Shown in pieces: positions 35,421-44,923 of a stretch of 64,000 nucleotides of DNA. A model generated the notes under the pieces. It saw only the letters and a program-made list of their open reading frames with translations. It had not been told where the DNA came from and searched no databases. The stretch covers positions 19,777-83,776 of the IMG/VR virus record IMGVR_UViG_3300010373_000004. One strand, given 5' to 3'. The DNA comes from a virus. Position 1 is the stretch's first letter, and every line of letters begins with the position of its first letter. A program made the position numbers and the translations under genes.

Positions 35421-36422
35421 ATGAGTTTATCACTTCTTTCTTTTAATAATCAAGTAGCTTCCGGCGCTGTAGTTAACGCCGTTAAGCTTGCACGACCTAG
35501 AGCCATACTTGTTATGGACGTAAATAATAAGCCGTATCTTGAAGATTTGCGTGCAGCTAATCCTAATATGTGGGTCATTGCGCGTAATTATCAATTTGAC
35601 GGAAACTATGATGGTCCAGCAGCGTATCAAACTGGACAGCAACATGGTGAAGCAGCACTAAATATTGAAGCAAATGGATTTAAGTTTGATCGCTGGACGA
35701 GTATAAATGAGCCAATATCTGATTGGGAACCTAATTGGTCTTGGTATGATAGTTATGCTGCTGGGTTTTATGATACTGTGGGTGACAGGGCGTTGGCGTT
35801 CAATACTGCAACGGGTAACTTTCCTAAAGTATCGTCTCCTGGACAATTTGTAGAGGATGACTTTGACCGTTTTACCCAAATTCAACAACGTTACCACAAA
35901 TTTGCATTTCATGCCTACGGTCATCCTAGATTTGATGCCAATTCGGTTCCCTGGTGGATCGGTCGTTACCAGCATTTTATTCATGATCCGCTGGCGGAGA
36001 TTCACCTTACTGAGGTCGGATATCATACGGTTAGTGGCAATCCCACTCCAGATAAGGGTTACAAATACGACGGTGTAACCGAAGATGATTACTGGAACCA
36101 AATGGTTTGGCTTGATGATTTTCATATCGCCGATCCTAGGGTTGAGGATTTATGTGTGTTTATCGTTGGAGGGAACTCTGGCTGGTCATCTTTTGAAATA
36201 CTAGGAACATCAATCATTCAGCGACTTGCTGACAGGAATAATGAATTGGATCAAACAATTGGGCAGCAGTTGGCTGCATTTCAAACACAATTTCAAACAC
36301 AAAATGATATGTTAGGTCATGGTCTGTCTGATTTTGTAAAGGCTAATCCTAGTCTAGAAACACAAGAGCTAAAGACATGGTTGAAGGCAATGTCACCAGA
36401 TGCTCCGTGGGCGCAATTTTAA
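35421..36422 (+). CDS. Clan-A TIM-barrel glycoside hydrolase
   Basis: INEP acid/base, FHAYG, LTEVGY nucleophile, aromatic-rich. Confidence 0.75.
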   Translation: MSLSLLSFNNQVASGAVVNAVKLARPRAILVMDVNNKPYLEDLRAANPNMWVIARNYQFDGNYDGPAAYQTGQQHGEAALNIEANGFKFDRWTSINEPISDWEPNWSWYDSYAAGFYDTVGDRALAFNTATGNFPKVSSPGQFVEDDFDRFTQIQQRYHKFAFHAYGHPRFDANSVPWWIGRYQHFIHDPLAEIHLTEVGYHTVSGNPTPDKGYKYDGVTEDDYWNQMVWLDDFHIADPRVEDLCVFIVGGNSGWSSFEILGTSIIQRLADRNNELDQTIGQQLAAFQTQFQTQNDMLGHGLSDFVKANPSLETQELKTWLKAMSPDAPWAQF

Positions 36423-36677
36423 ATGCTACCTGAGAATGAAAGAGAGCAGATAAAACGAGCAGTCATAGGGTTTGCTGTTGATTTAACTAGAGCACTTCAA
36501 GAGTTTAAGTTTAGTTCTATGGCTTCTGATGAAGCTGAGGCTGTTTGGAATCTTATTGGTGCAACTTCAAATAATTACCTAGAAGTCATCGCTAGACCTA
36601 AGAAGCAAATCCATGCCAGCAAGCAAACGAAGTCTGCTGGTGAAACATTAAATACAAATACAGTAGTGACAGAATAA
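36423..36677 (+). CDS. Hypothetical protein
   Basis: Tightly coupled ORF. Confidence 0.55.
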   Translation: MLPENEREQIKRAVIGFAVDLTRALQEFKFSSMASDEAEAVWNLIGATSNNYLEVIARPKKQIHASKQTKSAGETLNTNTVVTE

Positions 36678-37163
36678 ATGAAAGTATACGTAGCTGGCTC
36701 ATGGGATGCCAGACAAACATGCAGAGAAATCGCTAACCATGTAGCTAGCAAAGGACACGTTGTTCTTTCTAACTGGTTGTATTGGGAACCACCAGAGGAC
36801 GTTCTTGCTAATTCTAAGAAGCTTAATATGCTTATTAAGAAGATGGACTGCGACGGCGTTAGAAATGCTGATGCAATTATCGTCTTTACAGAAGTACCTT
36901 CAACTAAGCATGGTTTCTATTTTGAAACAGGAATGGCGGAAGGCTGGAACGCTCTAGTTCGTTACATGGGTAGCCAGATGGCGAATCTAGAGAAAATCAT
37001 CTATATGATAGGTAAGCAGCCAGAAGATTTGTGTGCTTTCTTGGCAGGCTATAGAACCTATCCAACGCTGGACGATTTCTATCATCATTGGCCTAAGATG
37101 GGTGATTCCAATGAGATTGATCTGACAGCTATTACTCCACTTATTGGTCCTAGTGATAACTAG
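36678..37163 (+). CDS. Nucleoside 2-deoxyribosyltransferase-like protein
   Basis: KVYVAG, D..GV..ADAII, G..FETGMA. Confidence 0.8.
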   Translation: MKVYVAGSWDARQTCREIANHVASKGHVVLSNWLYWEPPEDVLANSKKLNMLIKKMDCDGVRNADAIIVFTEVPSTKHGFYFETGMAEGWNALVRYMGSQMANLEKIIYMIGKQPEDLCAFLAGYRTYPTLDDFYHHWPKMGDSNEIDLTAITPLIGPSDN

Positions 37164-37170
37164 GACTTTA

Positions 37171-37242
37171 CCCGACAAGATGTTAAGGCGGCATACACGA
37201 CTCTTAATCGTAGAAGTGAGGGTTCGAATCCCTCTGTCGGGA
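37171..37242 (+). tRNA. tRNA-Lys(CUU)
   Basis: cccgaca/tgtcggg; CT CTT AA. Confidence 0.85.
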
Positions 37243-37469
37243 CGATATTATGGCTAATAAAAGAATATCACATGACTGGACTGGACAACTTGGTGGTGTT
37301 TTCAAGTGTTCAGTTTGCAGAACAACATTAACAGATAAAACACTAAACAGTGGTTGTCAAGGTACACGGCATCGGAGTGATAATGAACATGTTTCATTTG
37401 GAGAGCCGTTAAGAAATATAGGACAGATAATGCAAGCCTTGTCTCCAGAAACAGTAAAAGCACTTAAAA

Positions 37470-38357
37470 ATGCAGCGTAATCAAAAGATTATATTCATGC
37501 GAGGACTGCCAGGTTCTGGTAAGTCCACATGGGCAAAAGCAAAGGTACAAGAAGAACCAAACATCTGGTATCGTATCAATCGAGATACGCTGCGAGAAAT
37601 GATTGTAGAACCAAAGCTATCCATTCAAGAGAAGAAGGTAGCGAAGTGTCGTGACGCTCTAATTGTTCATGCAATTCAAGATGGTCAAAATGTAATCATT
37701 GATGATACTAATCTTGATATAGATTCTATTCAGGCTCATGTAAAAGACTTGTTGGTGAATACTGTCCATACATTTACGGTGGATTTTGAAGTTCAAGATT
37801 TTACATGGGTTCCACTGGAGGAATGTATAAAGCGTGATAAGAATAGACGTGGTGAGAGTGTTGGTGAGCACGTTATCAGGCGCATGCATCACCAGTATCT
37901 TGCTCCAAAACAAGATAAGCCTGCATATAATCCTTCACTGCCGTGGGCTATTATCTGTGATCTGGATGGAACCTTAGCTAAGATTATAGATAGAAGTCCT
38001 TATGAAGCAAAGTATGAGACTGACGTTCCACGGGAATCACTTACTAGTTTATTGCGAGCGCATTACTTCCACTATAACGATAAGATTGTATTTGTTTCGG
38101 CACGCGAAGATCAGTACAGAGAAAAGACTATTGACTGGCTACGGAATACAGCTAATTTTTGGGACCTCGCCTTCGATCTTATCATGCGAAAGACAGAGGA
38201 CTTTCGTAACGATGCAATCGTCAAAGAAGAAATATACGAAAATCAAATAAAGCCTAATTACAATGTTAGGTTTGTGTTAGATGACAGGGATAGAGTTGTA
38301 CAAATGTGGAGAGATAAGGGACTAGATTGTCTCCAGGTTGATTATGGCGAATTTTAA
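37470..38357 (+). CDS. pseT: T4-type polynucleotide 5'-kinase / 3'-phosphatase
   Basis: GLPGSGKST, INRD.LR, IIDDTN; HAD domain CDLDGTLA, SAR, R.D..VK, LDDR. Confidence 0.93.
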   Translation: MQRNQKIIFMRGLPGSGKSTWAKAKVQEEPNIWYRINRDTLREMIVEPKLSIQEKKVAKCRDALIVHAIQDGQNVIIDDTNLDIDSIQAHVKDLLVNTVHTFTVDFEVQDFTWVPLEECIKRDKNRRGESVGEHVIRRMHHQYLAPKQDKPAYNPSLPWAIICDLDGTLAKIIDRSPYEAKYETDVPRESLTSLLRAHYFHYNDKIVFVSAREDQYREKTIDWLRNTANFWDLAFDLIMRKTEDFRNDAIVKEEIYENQIKPNYNVRFVLDDRDRVVQMWRDKGLDCLQVDYGEF

Positions 38358-38543
38358 TTCAGTTGTAGCTTGGGATAAAGACTCAATGGCTACATTAAAT
38401 AGAATTGTTGGTAATTTGGAGAACAAACTGTCATCACTAAAGAGACTTCGCCTCCAGTGTCATGAACAAACTCCTGATGTTAAGAAACCTGTCGTTGATC
38501 TAAACGACATACTAAAAGAAATACTAATGAGAGATATAACTTA

Positions 38544-39473
38544 GTGCTAGCTATACCAAGTTACGTAAAGATAGCTCACGCTGGTGATGGTATTGCTGCT
38601 AATGCTTTTATCGGCACCGAAATTATCATTCAAGAAAAGATAGATGGTTCGCAATTCGGCTTCGGTTGGAACGAGAATGGAGATTTGACTTGCCGGTCTA
38701 AAGGTAAAGTTCAAGATATCGACGCTCCTGATAAGATGTTCACACTAGCAGTAGAGTATTGTCGAGGACTGGAAACACGACTTCCGGACACATATTTCTA
38801 CTGTGAGTATTTGAATAAACCAAAGCACAATGTTCTTTGCTACGACCATACACCAAAGCACAATTTAGTTCTTTTTGATGTACTTCAACCAGATGGACAG
38901 TTTATTGGCAAAGATAGAAAATCACTAGAGTATTCAGCAGAGGTTCTTGGAATAGATGTTGTTCCAGAACTGTATCGTGGTCCAGTTGATTTACAACTGA
39001 TCAAGGATATGACTGAAACTCCACCTGAAAGTTTCTTAGGTCGAGAAAAGATTGAAGGTGTTGTCTGCAAGAACTATGATCAAGTAGTAAACTTCTATGG
39101 CCATCTTTTTCCTTTAATGGTAAAGCATGTTCGTGAAGCATTTAAGGAAAAGCACTCTATTGAGTGGTCATCACCAGAGAAGGCATCCACTAGACTTAAT
39201 GCACAGACATTCGTCCAGTCTTTTAAAACAGATGGTCGCTGGCAGAAGGCAATCATCCATGCCAGAGAGAATGGAACGTTAACCAACTCTCCAAAGGATA
39301 TCGGTCCTCTTATTAGAATTATTCAAGAGGATATCAAGGAAGAAGAACGAGAATATATAAAGGCAACACTGTATAGTCTTTATATAGATGATGTTCTTAG
39401 AAATGCTATATCAGGATTTCCTGAGTGGTACAAGAATAAACTATTAGAAGGTGCGTTTGAAAAAGTAGCATGA
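38544..39473 (+). CDS. RNA ligase (Rnl2-like)
   Basis: QEKIDGSQF, CEY, LFDV, VVP, EGVVCK, MVK....FKE. Confidence 0.88.
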   Translation: MLAIPSYVKIAHAGDGIAANAFIGTEIIIQEKIDGSQFGFGWNENGDLTCRSKGKVQDIDAPDKMFTLAVEYCRGLETRLPDTYFYCEYLNKPKHNVLCYDHTPKHNLVLFDVLQPDGQFIGKDRKSLEYSAEVLGIDVVPELYRGPVDLQLIKDMTETPPESFLGREKIEGVVCKNYDQVVNFYGHLFPLMVKHVREAFKEKHSIEWSSPEKASTRLNAQTFVQSFKTDGRWQKAIIHARENGTLTNSPKDIGPLIRIIQEDIKEEEREYIKATLYSLYIDDVLRNAISGFPEWYKNKLLEGAFEKVA

Positions 39474-39817
39474 AAGAAGGTTTTGGAGCAGTAGCAACAT
39501 TTTTAGTTGTCGCTGTATTTCTAACAGCATTAGGTATAGGAGGTGTGTTCCTGTGGGCTAAGATGGAACGTCCACTGAATGATATTCATAGACAGGCAAC
39601 AGAATGTAGTCTTGAATATGTAAATAGTACACAGGCAACACTACAAGCACAGATTACGCAGTATAACGGATTTGGACCCGATACTACTGAGGGACAGAAG
39701 CGAGCACTTATTAGTCAGATGCACGCTGAAATCAATGTAATTGATACTTGTAGTGACAATAACAATCCTGTTCCTCCAGCAATCCGGTCGTTTATTAACG
39801 CCCATCCAGTTAATTAA
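39470..39817 (+). CDS. Membrane-anchored protein
   Basis: N-terminal TM helix. Confidence 0.65.
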   Translation: MKEGFGAVATFLVVAVFLTALGIGGVFLWAKMERPLNDIHRQATECSLEYVNSTQATLQAQITQYNGFGPDTTEGQKRALISQMHAEINVIDTCSDNNNPVPPAIRSFINAHPVN

Positions 39818-39833
39818 CAAAAGATAAAGAGAT

Positions 39834-40445
39834 ATGAAAAGAAACATTTTCGGCATCCTGGGTATTCTCGCTCTTATTACTACGATTTTCCTTAATGCTT
39901 GTAGTGCGGAAGCACAGTCTACGAGTAAAGCTAACGTAGCAGAAAATCAAGTAGTGCTCAATCAACAAGATCACTATAACAAGACTCAACCAGTTCCCTA
40001 CTTTGATTTCAGCTTGAAGCGACAGATTCTGATTGACTACTATAAGGCAGCTAATTCAGCAGTCAGTACATTTAGTTATGTTTTGACGCAGTTCCCACAG
40101 CCACAAATGCATCTTATTTGTCCATCCGTAAGCTTTCCTATTCAGGGTGGTACACAGTTAACAAATGGACAGCAAGCAACTGAATACGCTGCTGATGGCA
40201 CTAGAGCATGTTATAATGGTTGCTCACTCGCAACAATTGGACAAGCTGAACCTGACGGCTCATTCTCTCCAGCTAATGGACAAGGAACAATTGTTTTGTG
40301 TTTGAACGATGACGGAACTGCTGCTCCAGTTTATCAAGAAGGTGAAGTTTATACGTATCCGTATAAGTTAGCTAACGCAGATGAAAAACTTATGGCGCGT
40401 AGTGGAAAGTCTAGTATAAATCTTGACACCAAACAGCACGAATAA
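39834..40445 (+). CDS. Lipoprotein
   Basis: Signal peptide with lipobox LNAC; QP.P.FDFS..RQ, TQLTN, QAEPDG.F motifs. Confidence 0.75.
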   Translation: MKRNIFGILGILALITTIFLNACSAEAQSTSKANVAENQVVLNQQDHYNKTQPVPYFDFSLKRQILIDYYKAANSAVSTFSYVLTQFPQPQMHLICPSVSFPIQGGTQLTNGQQATEYAADGTRACYNGCSLATIGQAEPDGSFSPANGQGTIVLCLNDDGTAAPVYQEGEVYTYPYKLANADEKLMARSGKSSINLDTKQHE

Positions 40446-41115
40446 AACAAATATACTAAAGGTTCTTGTGGGTAGCCACGCTCATGGACTGGCTACTCCA
40501 GAATCTGACTACGATTATCGTGGTGTGTTTGTTGTACCAACGAGAGAAATCCTCTCTCTTGGTAGTAGAATTAAGAACACTAATTGGATCGAAGGTAATG
40601 TCGATGATACTTCTTGGGAGGTCGGACATTTTCTTAACTTGGCGGTCCACTGCAATCCAACTATTCTAGAAGTATTTGCTGCTCCTAAAACACCTAAAGA
40701 TTGTGATCCTTATTGGGGAGATCAACTGGCGGAACTGTTTGATTATTTGTGGAATCCAAATGACGTTAAAAATGCGTTTATGGGTTATTCACATAACCAA
40801 CAGAAGAAGTTTCTGGATGGTAAGGATGCCAAGTCAGCTAAATTTGCTTGCGCTTATCTAAGAGTTTTAGTTCAAGCAGATTTTCTCTTGACTTATCAAA
40901 AAATGCTTGTTGACTTTCGCGACACGCCGGTGTATAATACATTGGTACGTTGGAAAGCCTGGAAGCAAGAAGATATAGACTACGGTGAAGTTATGTCTAT
41001 ATGCAAATATTGGGAAGGGAAAGTCCTTGAAGCGTATGATCGATGCAAATCTCATACCCCGGATATAAACAAGGTTAACGATTACCTTCTTAGAGTGCGC
41101 CAGAGATTCTGGTAG
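40423..41115 (+). CDS. Pol-beta-superfamily nucleotidyltransferase (YcgL/RlaP-like)
   Basis: GSHAHGLATPESDYDYRGVF, NPTILE, F.GY...Q. Confidence 0.88.
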   Translation: MTPNSTNKTNILKVLVGSHAHGLATPESDYDYRGVFVVPTREILSLGSRIKNTNWIEGNVDDTSWEVGHFLNLAVHCNPTILEVFAAPKTPKDCDPYWGDQLAELFDYLWNPNDVKNAFMGYSHNQQKKFLDGKDAKSAKFACAYLRVLVQADFLLTYQKMLVDFRDTPVYNTLVRWKAWKQEDIDYGEVMSICKYWEGKVLEAYDRCKSHTPDINKVNDYLLRVRQRFW

Positions 41116-41122
41116 CACTATT

Positions 41123-41193
41123 AGGGGCTTAGGCTAGAGGTAAACTGAGGGTCTCCAAAACCCAAGTCGAGAGTTCGATTCTCTCAGCCCCTG
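41123..41193 (+). tRNA. tRNA-Trp(CCA)
   Basis: aggggct/agcccct; CT CCA AA. Confidence 0.9.
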
Positions 41194-41460
41194 CGATGAA
41201 CATTCTTATATTAGAAGAAGCTAATGACGTTTTCATTAAACCATTCTATCTTTTACAAACCCGAGAATCAGTCTCCTTACCTGTCGCTAGCGCGTTATCC
41301 AGAAACAGGTCAAATCATTTTTATATGGTTCGTGAAGTTCCTAGATTTCGCTCCACTTTCTGGATGGCGGATATACTTTGGTGGCGTCCTGAGTATGTGG
41401 TAAACATAGCTGATTGGGAAGTATGGGTAGATTTCAATAAATATTTATTAGGTAAAGGCC

Positions 41461-41904
41461 GTGACTAAACGAGCACAGATTATTGACGAAGGTCATGAAC
41501 AAACACAATTTGTGACTGGTGGACGCAGAGAGATTATCCCAGGTAAAGGACGCTTTGATCTTATTCCTCCAGAACCAATTACAGAATCATCACAGCATTT
41601 TGAGGCTGGTGCAAATAAGTATGCAGAACGTAATTGGGAACAAGGCTTACCTTTAAGTACATTTTATAACTCACTCAGTCGTCATCTACGTGACTGGTAT
41701 ATGTATGGTAAGACAGATGAAAATCATTTAGCTGCACTTGTATGGAATGCTATGTGTGCTTTAGCAACACAACGACGTATTGATGCAGGAACATTACCAG
41801 CATCATTAGATACGCGACCAGCTACAGCGATAACAAATTGGAATTGCTCTCTTGGTGGAACGGTAGACACAGCAGATTCAAAACCTGCCGCTCTAACAGC
41901 GTGA
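41461..41904 (+). CDS. dATP/dGTP diphosphohydrolase domain protein (DUF5664-like)
   Basis: GKGRFDLIP, GA.KY.ERNWEQG, SL.RH, E.HLAA..WNA. Confidence 0.85.
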   Translation: MTKRAQIIDEGHEQTQFVTGGRREIIPGKGRFDLIPPEPITESSQHFEAGANKYAERNWEQGLPLSTFYNSLSRHLRDWYMYGKTDENHLAALVWNAMCALATQRRIDAGTLPASLDTRPATAITNWNCSLGGTVDTADSKPAALTA

Positions 41905-41927
41905 GAGTTCGAATCTCTCAGAGAGTA
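41846..41927 (+). tRNA. tRNA-Leu(CAA)
   Basis: gctctct/agagagt; TT CAA AA; long variable arm. Confidence 0.9.
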
Positions 41928-41931
41928 CAAT

Positions 41932-42002
41932 GCGGTTGTGGTATAGTGGTAGAATGCGACCTTGCCAAGGTTGAGACGCGAGTTCAATTCTCGCCAGCCG
42001 CA
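41932..42002 (+). tRNA. tRNA-Gly(GCC)
   Basis: gcggttg/cagccgc; TT GCC AA. Confidence 0.92.
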
Positions 42003-42013
42003 CGGAGTAAATA

Positions 42014-42469
42014 ATGATACACGCAACACAGATAAGAGATAGACTTTGGATAGGTTCACACCAGGCTTATGATGAAGTTGCTAATGGTAATCCAGATAAT
42101 ATAACAGCTATACTTAATGTGGCAATGGATTATGTTCCTAAGCATACAATTCATCCACACAACGTTAAGTATGCTAAAATCAATCTTGGTGATGGATTAG
42201 ACAATCCACAAGAACAAATAGATTTAGCCGTGTTGGTTGGATACATTTACTACACTAACGGTAATAATCTTCTTATTCACTGTATTTCTGGTGTAAGTCG
42301 TAGTCCGCACATCGCAACCAAAATTCTTCTTCGTGATGACTTTTTGTTTGGTGCTACTTATGATAGTATTTATCAAGAGATAAAGTATAAGCGTCCAGAA
42401 GTACAGGTTCCTAGTTTCATGGATGCTCGTCCTGAAAGTCTTAAAATTAGAATGTTAAACGAAGTATAG
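42014..42469 (+). CDS. Dual-specificity phosphatase
   Basis: LWIGS, ILNVA, IHCISGVSRS (CX5R). Confidence 0.9.
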   Translation: MIHATQIRDRLWIGSHQAYDEVANGNPDNITAILNVAMDYVPKHTIHPHNVKYAKINLGDGLDNPQEQIDLAVLVGYIYYTNGNNLLIHCISGVSRSPHIATKILLRDDFLFGATYDSIYQEIKYKRPEVQVPSFMDARPESLKIRMLNEV

Positions 42470-42861
42470 ATGGCTGGTTATGTTAGTCCTCCTACGGACG
42501 TTAGATACAAAAGACCCATTGACGGCGACACGTTCCAAGAGTTGGTAAGACAACTTAATGCTGGAGAAAGATTAGCTATTCTTGCAGATGCTCGACACAA
42601 TCGTACCGGGTATTCTGCACATGTATGTCCTATTATAGAGACTCAGGAAGAATTTGATTCTTGGATGCTGAAATGGACAGACGAAGGATACTACATAATT
42701 CATCCATATGCAGTATAAGATAATTAGTTACACGTGGCCTGCTCATTTAGAAGAAGAAATAAATACGCTTGCTAAAGAAGGCTGGCGACTTATGAACCCA
42801 GGTGTACAAATGAGTTGTGTAGGAACAGATATTTACTACTACTGCACACTTTGGAAATCAG

Positions 42862-43779
42862 ATGGAACCCATTAGAGTAGACGTATCTGGAATGAAGCTT
42901 TGGCGCGACTGCCAATTAGCTCATTATCTTAGCTATGTTCGTAAGCTTCAACCTAAAGGCTCTAGTAATCCTAAAAGTCCGCTCATTTATGGCTCTATAG
43001 GTCATGATGGGCTGGAGGGATGGTATACGCCATCTACCTATCATGATGACCAAGCCTCTGTTCTCGCCAGCACTAAATCTTGGGCCAGATATCGCGCAAC
43101 AGATGAACGCGCAGAAGAAAACAAACTTGAATGGGGAACACTTCTTGCTGGTGTAACAGGGAACCTTGTTAACTACCATAAGTTTTATCGTGAAGAAGAT
43201 GTGCATCCTCTTAATCCAGAGCAACCATTTGAGTTAGAATTAACTTCCGATGTTTCACTATATGGCAAGATTGACTCCTTCATTGAATATAAAGGTAGTA
43301 ATGATCTGGACTATAAGATTTGGATTCTTGAACACAAGTTTTATAAGACCATTCCAAATGATCTTACTTACCTCAATTGGGATTTTCAAACGTCGGTTTA
43401 CTCCTTTGTGGGCCGCGCGTTGTTTGGGGAACGGTTCGGTGGAGTTCTATACAATTTTATCCGTAAAGTAGTTCCCAAAGACCCTGAGAATCCACAATTC
43501 CTAAGACAAGAAATAACCAGACCAAAAGAACTTCTTAAGTCTATTGCTAAGTTCGTTGTTGTGCAAGCACGACAAATGAATATGGTTTATGAACGTGGTC
43601 CTATTTGGTTAGTTCCCAAGTTAGATTCAAGCCCAATGTATAACAACACCTGTAAAGGGTGTATGTTTAATCGTGATGCCTGTAAAGCCTTTAGAGAAGG
43701 TGGCGATTGGGAAGGCATCCTAGAAAACAATTATATGGCTCGTCCAGAATATGCGAACCATGAAGAAGCAGATTTATAA
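42862..43779 (+). CDS. PD-(D/E)XK (Cas4/AddB-like) exonuclease
   Basis: C..., GS.GH, EQPF, GKID, LEHK, Q..VY, C-terminal CKGC.F...C. Confidence 0.85.
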   Translation: MEPIRVDVSGMKLWRDCQLAHYLSYVRKLQPKGSSNPKSPLIYGSIGHDGLEGWYTPSTYHDDQASVLASTKSWARYRATDERAEENKLEWGTLLAGVTGNLVNYHKFYREEDVHPLNPEQPFELELTSDVSLYGKIDSFIEYKGSNDLDYKIWILEHKFYKTIPNDLTYLNWDFQTSVYSFVGRALFGERFGGVLYNFIRKVVPKDPENPQFLRQEITRPKELLKSIAKFVVVQARQMNMVYERGPIWLVPKLDSSPMYNNTCKGCMFNRDACKAFREGGDWEGILENNYMARPEYANHEEADL

Positions 43780-44204
43780 TGGTACAAGAAGAATTAGATA
43801 AGTTAGTGGCTGGTGTCACTCCTTCCAGCTATATTAAAGACGCGATGCGCACAAACAGTCTTGCTGGTAATGACCCTGAGACATTGGTAGGTGCTATCAA
43901 TCATCCTACGTTTGGAGTACGTTACGTTACCGTTGGTGACTTGATGCTTCAAGATGCTGGATGGGGAATTACAGGTGAAGCTGGAGAGGTTGCTGATTTG
44001 ATAAAGAAGCAATACTCTATGAATCATCCAACAGACGATGACAAGCTTGCTAAAGAAACTGGTGATGTTCTTTGGTATGTAGCAGAGATTTGTTTAGTTA
44101 AGGGTTGGACATTCAAGCAGCTAATGGCTGCAAACGTTAAGAAGTTGGCAGAAAGATATGGCGACAAGTTTACAACAGAAAAGTCTCTCAACAGAGCAGC
44201 ATGA
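43779..44204 (+). CDS. mazG: MazG-like NTP pyrophosphohydrolase
   Basis: GITGEAGEVADLIKK, KETGDVLWY, N..KL..RY. Confidence 0.9.
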   Translation: MVQEELDKLVAGVTPSSYIKDAMRTNSLAGNDPETLVGAINHPTFGVRYVTVGDLMLQDAGWGITGEAGEVADLIKKQYSMNHPTDDDKLAKETGDVLWYVAEICLVKGWTFKQLMAANVKKLAERYGDKFTTEKSLNRAA

Positions 44205-44335
44205 AGATTATAGAGACAACGATCATAGAGTACGAGACAATACTAGCATGGATTTATGTGCCGTGGCTGGATGCACTAATTTCACTTATTACAGTGGATT
44301 ATATTGTCTCTATCATCATCACCAATATCTAACGC

Positions 44336-44866
44336 ATGCGTAGAAGATTTGATGCTTATTTATCACAAGAACAATCTGTTACCGCGTTACTTCCTTATTT
44401 TGAAGCACAGCCTGATGACGTTATATATGAACCTTGCTGTGGTTACAAACATGTTATCGCCAGAACTCTTTGGCGCGCTGGTTATAAGCGTATTTTCCTT
44501 AATGACTTAGATGAAACTGTACGGGCTCATAGAAATATTAACGCCGCCCATTTCATTAAGTGTTTCGAACCACGTCCAGACTGGATTTGTACTAATCCTC
44601 CTTTCTCCGAAGCAATGGGTATACTGCGTCAAGCGTGGGAACATGCTAGATGTGGCGTTATATTCCAACTTCGTTTATCATTTCTGGAACCAACGTTTGA
44701 AAGACAAGAATTTCTGGAGAAATTTCCTCCAGATCGTTTATTAGTTTTACCTAGATATTCTTTCACTGAGAATGGTAAAACTGATAGTGTGACCACAGCC
44801 TGGATGATGTGGCATAAATATCCAGTTCAACCCTTTATAAAGGTGATTCCTAAATTTGCAGCTTGA
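44336..44866 (+). CDS. DNA amino-methyltransferase (N6A/N4C)
   Basis: EPCCG motif I, TNPPF motif IV, LRLSFLEP. Confidence 0.85.
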   Translation: MRRRFDAYLSQEQSVTALLPYFEAQPDDVIYEPCCGYKHVIARTLWRAGYKRIFLNDLDETVRAHRNINAAHFIKCFEPRPDWICTNPPFSEAMGILRQAWEHARCGVIFQLRLSFLEPTFERQEFLEKFPPDRLLVLPRYSFTENGKTDSVTTAWMMWHKYPVQPFIKVIPKFAA

Positions 44867-44891
44867 CAATACAATAGAGTTGTGGTATAAT
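44863..44891 (+). promoter_or_regulatory. Consensus sigma70 promoter
   Basis: TTGACA-17-TATAAT with TG. Confidence 0.85.
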
Positions 44892-44923
44892 AGTCGCCGA
44901 CTTTTCCAAATTAGAGACTTACT

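Noticed and set aside
30272-42002. Stop-codon reassignment or suppressor tRNA
   Set aside because: No CUA/UUA/UCA anticodon found; long genes are intact in code 11 and all three stops are used
42862-43779. Cas4 as part of a CRISPR system
   Set aside because: Stand-alone phage exonuclease next to recombination genes; no array or other cas genes
44869-44923. NrdR box or cobalamin riboswitch upstream of nrdJ
   Set aside because: Spacing does not fit the NrdR consensus and the leader is too short for a B12 riboswitch
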